The notes under the pieces are model-generated. The model was given only the letters and a program-made list of their open reading frames with translations, was not told where the DNA came from and ran no database searches. DNA of 54,198 nt from contig CAYSOG010000008.1 in assembly GCA_964432675.1 (NCBI GenBank), positions 1-54,198 of the forward strand, written 5' to 3'. Source of the DNA: an uncultured Gammaproteobacteria bacterium (lineage in GTDB: Bacteria > Patescibacteriota > Microgenomatia > CAYSOG01). How positions within the stretch are numbered: position 1 is the stretch's first letter; each line of letters starts with the position of its first letter. This document shows positions 48,624-54,198 of the stretch, one piece after another. The position numbers were made by a program, and so were the translations under genes.

Positions 48624-49145
48624 ATGTTCACACTCTTACAACTTGCATTAACGTTCGGCTACTTGTCGCTTTTGGCGATTGGAGGGGGAATTTCGACACT
48701 TACAGAAATGCAGCGACTTTCGGTGGAACATTTCCATTGGCTTTCGGCTAGCCAATTTCGTGATGCGTACAGTTTAGGGCAAATTACCCCAGGTCCAGCC
48801 ATGCTTATGGTTACAGCCATTGGTTATCAAGCAGCAGGTATTCCCGGCGCTATAGTTGCAACAATAGCTATGTTTTTACCAACATCTATCCTTATTGCCT
48901 ATATTGGTAAGCATTGGGATAAGTTTGCTACTTCTCCTTGGCGGATTGCACTACAAAAGGGACTAGCCCCGGTTACCATCGGCCTTATGCTTGCCGGTAT
49001 TCTAACGCTTGCGCAATCGGCCGTTTTTAATACCGTAACCGCAATTATCGCAATGTTTGCCGCTGTTATCATCTTCCGCTTCAAAATAAGCCCAGCACTC
49101 GTAGTTCTCGCTGGTGGTATTATTGGGCTACTACTTCTCAATTAA
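48624..49145 (+). CDS. short-chain chromate transporter, subunit 2
   Basis: AIGGG, GQITPGP, AIGY. Confidence 0.9.
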   Translation: MFTLLQLALTFGYLSLLAIGGGISTLTEMQRLSVEHFHWLSASQFRDAYSLGQITPGPAMLMVTAIGYQAAGIPGAIVATIAMFLPTSILIAYIGKHWDKFATSPWRIALQKGLAPVTIGLMLAGILTLAQSAVFNTVTAIIAMFAAVIIFRFKISPALVVLAGGIIGLLLLN

Positions 49146-49158
49146 GGAAAAAGCGCAT

Positions 49159-49190
49159 AAAAAAGGACGGAGTAGTTTTGTACTCCGTCC
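49159..49190 (-). terminator. intrinsic terminator
   Basis: A6-GGACGGAGTA...TACTCCGTCC. Confidence 0.75.
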
Positions 49191-49222
49191 AAAAGGTTTG
49201 ATATATTGTGCTGACACTCGTG

Positions 49223-49435
49223 TTACCTATTCAATTGTTCTCGAGGGATACCAAGATGCACCAGCATGAGTAAGCCAGTAAATATAGCGAAGAACGAGGG
49301 GATAAATATCCAAAGCTCAACATATGCTATGGTATTCCATGTTTTTGGAACTCTAATCATGGCAATAAGCAGGCAAATACCCAGTGGAATCCACGTAAGT
49401 AGATGGGCAATTACTTTCTGGGTCTTTAAAGACAT
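49223..49435 (-). CDS. small 2-TM protein
   Basis: GAAGGA SD before ATG 49435; MSLKTQKVIAHLLTWIP. Confidence 0.55.
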   Translation of the reverse strand: MSLKTQKVIAHLLTWIPLGICLLIAMIRVPKTWNTIAYVELWIFIPSFFAIFTGLLMLVHLGIPREQLNR

Positions 49436-49504
49436 CTCAATTCCTTCTAGGCGATTAGTGTACCTTTGCTTGGTTCTGGTAGGCATGGCCAAATGGTCGT
49501 TATG

Positions 49505-49675
49505 TCAGATATTAAGGATTATTAAAAGCAATACAATTATGACAACTCCAATAGCGAGGACAGTAAGAGCTGACATTATTGTTCCTACAATAAATTGTAG
49601 GAGGAAGAGTACAATCACGAGCAGAATAAATGACGTTAATACTTTACGCAACAATTGTCGTGCTTTCTCGCTCAC
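49505..49675 (-). CDS. 56-aa 2-TM protein absent from the ORF track
   Basis: AAAGGAG SD, GTG start, MSEKARQLLRKVLTSFILLVIVLFLL. Confidence 0.6.
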   Translation of the reverse strand: MSEKARQLLRKVLTSFILLVIVLFLLQFIVGTIMSALTVLAIGVVIIVLLLIILNI

Positions 49676-49896
49676 GACATAACTCCTTTTGGCTTAGGGT
49701 GTTGATTAGCTGTAAAGGTACTAAGAGCAGCACTGGCAAAAACAGCAATTTATATATTGAGTATATCACTATAGGTTATTAATGTCAAAGTAAGACACGA
49801 CAGTCTGTTTAAAACTGTTATAATCGTGGATACACTCTTTACCTAGGGTAGCGCTGTGTTAGTAAACACGTCTCACCTACGGTATAATATAAGCAC

Positions 49897-50373
49897 ATGG
49901 ACCCAAACCAACTGCCCAGTGGGAATGCGACAAGTACTAACTCCCAATCAGGTAAAGAGCAACCAATATCACTCGGTCATCCGGAAGCGGAACGGTTCGC
50001 AGTTAAGAAAGCAGAGCGGGTTGGCCAAGTTGAACAGAAAAAGGTCGAGCAGCAAACAGTTAAAACCGTCGAGGCTAGTAATAACTTAGAATTGTCAAAG
50101 GAAATTTTGCCGGGTGTTGAGGAAAAGCACCACCCTTCAGAGCCGATTGTATTGCCATCTCAAATTCAACTGGCCGGCGTGAGTTCAACACCAATTCCAA
50201 TTGAATCAATGACATTTAAACCAGATCCGGTAGTTTTGCCTCTTACAGAAAGTGAAATAAAAAAGGGCTTGCATGTGTCGGTATGGTACTCAATTCGATG
50301 GCTTTCGGAATGGTGCGTCAAACAACTAAAAGAAGCCCACCTTTTATTTAAGCGGCAGGGAAAAGAAGCATAA
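49897..50373 (+). CDS. hypothetical protein upstream of the ATPase
   Basis: TATAAT 8 nt before ATG; LPLTESEI..GL...SIRWLSEWC.KQLK. Confidence 0.75.
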   Translation: MDPNQLPSGNATSTNSQSGKEQPISLGHPEAERFAVKKAERVGQVEQKKVEQQTVKTVEASNNLELSKEILPGVEEKHHPSEPIVLPSQIQLAGVSSTPIPIESMTFKPDPVVLPLTESEIKKGLHVSVWYSIRWLSEWCVKQLKEAHLLFKRQGKEA

Positions 50374-50420
50374 AGCAAAGTAGCAATCAAAATGTAAAAT
50401 TACAACTAGTAAATCAAATT
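50371..50420. repeat. AT-rich periodic element copy
   Basis: GTAAAATTACAACTAGTAAATCAAA core. Confidence 0.45.
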
Positions 50421-50528
50421 ATTATTCGAGTGATTAGCGACCCTTCTCTGTCGACTGACGGATTACTTGAAGAATAAGTGTGGGGACAGGTCTGATATAA
50501 AAAAGTTTCAAGATTTGAGTTAGTTATT

Positions 50529-52838
50529 ATGAGTTTTGGATCATCGACATTTCTGATAATTTTCCCAATTGTGTTGATTGGGCTTTTAACGCTTGCAGCG
50601 GGTGCTTTTGCCGCGCTTTATGCCGGTGTGAAATTCTACCAGTTCCGCAAGCGTGAAGAAGAAAGTTTAGACACCGTTGTCTTGCAGATCGCCGTACCTC
50701 GTGGTAATGAAATCAAAATCGATGCTGCCGAACAAATGTTTTCATCCCTTTCCGGATTACGGGCGCCGCATGGCTTTCTTAAGTTTATGCACATGCCAAA
50801 CCATATCTCATTAGAAATTATTGCCCGTCCTGAAGATATTCGTTTTTATATCGCCTGCTCAAAAAAATTAAAAGACATGGTCGAAAAGCAAGTGCATGCG
50901 GCATATCCTGGGGCTGAAGTAGTTGAAGTTAACGAGCAAAATATTTTTACGCCAGAAGGTAAAGTAGCGTTTGCCCAATTAAAACTGAGCGGTGCAAATT
51001 ATTTGCCGCTCAAAAGCTATAAAGAACTGCCAACCGATCCAATGGCCAGTTTAACATCAGTTTTGTCAAAAATGCAGGCTGGAGAAGGTGCCGCCATTCA
51101 AATTTTGTTAGCCGCAGCGCCACATGATTGGAAATCAGCAGGTAAAGCGTATGTAAAAAAGCAAAAAGACCCTGAAAAAGGCGGTGGTGATGCTAAGGAA
51201 ATAGAGGCCGTAGAAAACAAAATGAGCAAACCTGCCTTCTATGCGGTTATCCGAACTGTCACAACAGCAAAAACCGAAGAGGAAGCCAAAGTTCACTTAG
51301 ACAACATTATTGGCGCGTTTAGTCAGTATGCCTCACCTTTCACCAGTTTTAAGAAAGCCCGTATTTGGCAAAAGAGTTTGTTTATGCGTGATTTTATCTA
51401 CCGCTATTTGCCAATTTTCCAGGGGACAATTACCTTAAATGCTGAAGAACTGGCGACGTTATATCATTTTCCGAATAAAAGTGTTGAAACACCGTTTATT
51501 AATTGGCTTAACGCCAAGCGCGCGCCAGCACCCGCCCAAATTCCAATGTCTGGGCTTTACCTGGGAAAAAGTGTTTACGCCGGTTCGGTAAGGCCGATTT
51601 ACGTTTCAGATGATGACCGCAGACGCCATGTCTACACCGTCGGTAAAACCGGTACCGGTAAGTCAGAGTTCCTGAAAGCTTTAATGATCCAAGACATTCG
51701 AGCTGGTCGAGGGTTAGCGTTTTTAGATCCCCATGGTGACGCGGCGGAAGATTTGCTGGCAATGATCCCTCCAGAACGGGCTGAAGATGTTATCTACTTC
51801 GACCCTGGTGATTACGAGCGGCCGTTTGGTATGAATATGCTCGAAGCCAACGACGAACAGCAAAAGCATTTCGTGGTCAACTCGATTATTGGTTTAATGT
51901 ATAAGTTATTTGACCCGCACCAAACCGGCATTATTGGTCCGCGGTTTGAGCACGCCATTCGTAATGCCATGTTAACGGTAATGTCTGAGCCGGGGTCGAC
52001 TTTTGTCGAAGTAGTTCGTTGTTTAACCGATTCGGCATTTGTCCAAGAGCTGTTGCCGAAGGTTACTGATCCGGTTGTTCGCCGCTACTGGACTGACCAG
52101 ATCGCCCAAACGAATGATTTCCACAAGTCGGAAGTCCTGGATTATATTACTTCTAAATTCGGCCGGTTTGTGACGAATAAAATGATGCGCAATATTATTG
52201 GCCAGTCGCAATCGTCATTTAATATCCGTCAAATTATGGACAATAAGAAGATACTCATCGTTAATTTGTCTAAAGGTAAAATTGGTGAAGAAAACGCCGC
52301 CTTTCTAGGATTGGTATTGGTGCCAAAAATTCTAGTAGCTGCCATGAGCCGAACCGATATGCCACAGGAAAAACGGGTTGACTTCTATTTATATGTAGAC
52401 GAGTTTCAAAATTTTGCCACCGACACTTTTGCCGAGATCTTGTCTGAAGCCAGAAAGTACCGACTTAATTTAATAGTTGCCAACCAATTTATTGGTCAAA
52501 TGGAGGAAGAAATCAAGAATGCCATATTTGGTAATGTTGGCACGATTGTCTCATTCCGAGTTGGCGTGACCGATGCTAATTATTTGCAACATGAATTCCA
52601 ACCATATTTTTCAGAATCTGACCTTATCAACGTTGAGAGGTTTAACGCCTATGTCCGCACAATCGTCAATAACGAGCCTGTGCCGGCATTTTCCATGGAC
52701 ACAACCAAGGATATTGAGGCGGATAAAAAAATGAGTAATAAAGAAGTGGGTGAAGCAATACGGCAACTGTCACGGTTACGCTACGGCCGCGACCGTGAGG
52801 TTGTTGAAGCTGAAATTGCCCAGCGTGCTCGCCTATAA
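50529..52838 (+). CDS. VirD4/TrwB/HerA-like membrane-anchored ATPase (T4SS DNA-binding/TraM-type domain)
   Basis: N-terminal TM, RRRHVY..GKTGTGKS, DPHGD, LYVDEFQNF, SEARKY, ANQ. Confidence 0.9.
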   Translation: MSFGSSTFLIIFPIVLIGLLTLAAGAFAALYAGVKFYQFRKREEESLDTVVLQIAVPRGNEIKIDAAEQMFSSLSGLRAPHGFLKFMHMPNHISLEIIARPEDIRFYIACSKKLKDMVEKQVHAAYPGAEVVEVNEQNIFTPEGKVAFAQLKLSGANYLPLKSYKELPTDPMASLTSVLSKMQAGEGAAIQILLAAAPHDWKSAGKAYVKKQKDPEKGGGDAKEIEAVENKMSKPAFYAVIRTVTTAKTEEEAKVHLDNIIGAFSQYASPFTSFKKARIWQKSLFMRDFIYRYLPIFQGTITLNAEELATLYHFPNKSVETPFINWLNAKRAPAPAQIPMSGLYLGKSVYAGSVRPIYVSDDDRRRHVYTVGKTGTGKSEFLKALMIQDIRAGRGLAFLDPHGDAAEDLLAMIPPERAEDVIYFDPGDYERPFGMNMLEANDEQQKHFVVNSIIGLMYKLFDPHQTGIIGPRFEHAIRNAMLTVMSEPGSTFVEVVRCLTDSAFVQELLPKVTDPVVRRYWTDQIAQTNDFHKSEVLDYITSKFGRFVTNKMMRNIIGQSQSSFNIRQIMDNKKILIVNLSKGKIGEENAAFLGLVLVPKILVAAMSRTDMPQEKRVDFYLYVDEFQNFATDTFAEILSEARKYRLNLIVANQFIGQMEEEIKNAIFGNVGTIVSFRVGVTDANYLQHEFQPYFSESDLINVERFNAYVRTIVNNEPVPAFSMDTTKDIEADKKMSNKEVGEAIRQLSRLRYGRDREVVEAEIAQRARL

Positions 52839-52944
52839 TCCTATACCAGTCACCATTCCCTACCTTGTATTCTTCCCATTTTTAACCTATAATCCCAGTC
52901 GTACATTGACATACCCTAAGGTTACTAAAAGAAAGGGTAATTTA

Positions 52945-53778
52945 GTGGCTGAGGTAAAAGAGGAATACTTCGACTTACTTGTAAAAGCGTTTGAAAACCG
53001 CAGCGTTATCCCGCTCAAAAAACATCCTGCTGAAGCAATCCTAGAAGAAATGTTAGCCAAGTTTTCTGACAGCAAACAATGGCTATGGCATTTTTATACA
53101 GCCTATACCGAAAACAGTAACGATATGGTCGGCAACTTAATCGAATGTTTAGGCAGGTTACCGCAAGAACTAAGTGATCCGGTAGGTTTTCGGCTTGCAG
53201 AGTTAGGTATTGGTCACTCTGACGTTAACGTCCGTGAACATGCTGTTGCCGCTCTTGAAAATTGGGGTGGTGAACAGGCATTTCTTGTGCTGAAAAATCG
53301 AGCCAAAAATGAGCCTGTTGATTGGTTGAGGAACTATATCCGAGGAATCATAGCTGAGATCGAACGAAGCCAAAACCCAGAAAGCCAAAGGAGAGAATAC
53401 GTGTCAGAAGAGCCTACCAGGAAATCATTCCAACAGTGGGTAAGCGAGGGAAGGGAAGTATTTGCACAGGTTATCGATGAGGCCAGGACAAAGGCTGGCC
53501 AGTCAGCGAATGAAGTTACTGATCTGTTCGAAAGAGCTACCAGCGGATTCGAAGAACTCATCAGTGGCTTAGATGACCTATTTGTTCCGGCTGGGTCACA
53601 CATGCTATGCCCTAATTGTGACGTCAAAGATTTAGCAGATGATGCCAAGCGATGTTATAACTGTGGTGTCGAGTTAGAATGCCCAAACTGCCATCATCGA
53701 GACGTAAAGCGCCAAAAGCCATTGAAATTCTGTAGCGAGTGCGGCGCAGACCGCCGGCCTCCATCAGCACTGAACTGA
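52945..53778 (+). CDS. HEAT-repeat protein with C-terminal double zinc ribbon
   Basis: GAAAGGG SD, GTG start; DVNVREHAVAALENWGG; CPNC...CYNCG...CPNC...FCSECG. Confidence 0.75.
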   Translation: MAEVKEEYFDLLVKAFENRSVIPLKKHPAEAILEEMLAKFSDSKQWLWHFYTAYTENSNDMVGNLIECLGRLPQELSDPVGFRLAELGIGHSDVNVREHAVAALENWGGEQAFLVLKNRAKNEPVDWLRNYIRGIIAEIERSQNPESQRREYVSEEPTRKSFQQWVSEGREVFAQVIDEARTKAGQSANEVTDLFERATSGFEELISGLDDLFVPAGSHMLCPNCDVKDLADDAKRCYNCGVELECPNCHHRDVKRQKPLKFCSECGADRRPPSALN

Positions 53779-53793
53779 ATTTAGTTATTTCTT

Positions 53794-53823
53794 TGCCCCG
53801 GTACAATGTTACCGGGGCATTTT
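53794..53823 (+). terminator. intrinsic terminator
   Basis: TGCCCCGGTA...TACCGGGGCA followed by T-run. Confidence 0.75.
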
Positions 53824-53856
53824 AATACCTATCCATCTTGAGTAAATGAGAAAGGT

Positions 53857-54198
53857 ATGGAAATGGCCGAAAGCGCAGAGCCTCTTATTCGGCAGATTGA
53901 ATGGCTTTTGTGTAGAGAAGAAGTCGAAGATGCAGTGAGGCACCCTGCGGAAGTCGACTTGCAAAAACTTTTTGAAACGTGCCCCGAGGAAGCAAAAACT
54001 TGGGCCAAAACCTTCTATGAGCAAAATGTACGAGGCTCGATAGCTGCATGGGGGTTAATCCGATGCATTGGCAGATTGCCTGCCGAGCTGACCGACCCTA
54101 TTGGGTGGGAACTTGTCGAAATAGCGCTTACCGATGAAGATATTATACTTCGCGACGCTGCAGCAAGATCACTCGAACATTTGGGTGGTGAACGCGCA
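53857..54198 (+). CDS. 3'-truncated HEAT-repeat paralogue of the preceding gene
   Basis: Open to window end: HPAE...LIRCIGRLPAELTDPIG...LRDAAARSLEHLGGERA. Confidence 0.75.
   Translation, partial: MEMAESAEPLIRQIEWLLCREEVEDAVRHPAEVDLQKLFETCPEEAKTWAKTFYEQNVRGSIAAWGLIRCIGRLPAELTDPIGWELVEIALTDEDIILRDAAARSLEHLGGERA

Noticed and set aside
52750-52944. N-terminal 65 aa of ORF 52750..53778
   Set aside because: Overlaps the ATPase gene and a repeat-like spacer; SD and the paralogue alignment favour GTG 52945

Overview
Gene-dense chromosomal window read in genetic code 11. Gene content suggests a Patescibacteria/CPR genome, most like Microgenomates (inference): archaeal-type ATP-dependent ligase, UvrD-nuclease fusion, VirD4-like ATPase, short MetRS, and many Pro/Thr-linker, Cys-rich surface proteins. 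Left: an ArsR-controlled VOC/SRPBCC/NUDIX/SET/DHFR-like stress cluster, DipZ, and a YodB-like regulator paired with a LUD gene. A class-II-type cobalamin riboswitch with an extra helix sits ahead of an unknown 411-aa gene. At 16.2-24.2 kb is a modular surface-protein cassette array: three paralogous membrane-anchor genes, each with a near-identical leaderless promoter and N-terminal motif, followed by mosaic exported, mostly Cys-rich proteins. Two of these share a 631-bp near-identical 3' block, and a third appears to carry the missing C-terminal part of that domain; DsbA and a dockerin protein flank the array. Right: pgi, zwf, PduO, helicase-nuclease, RmuC, metG, tatD, an M23 peptidase with a long structured leader, groESL with CIRCE, Fic, ligase, a chromate transporter pair, a VirD4-like ATPase and tandem HEAT-repeat paralogues. 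No rRNA, tRNA, CRISPR array, integrase or transposase was recognised. All calls are by eye; no searches were run.
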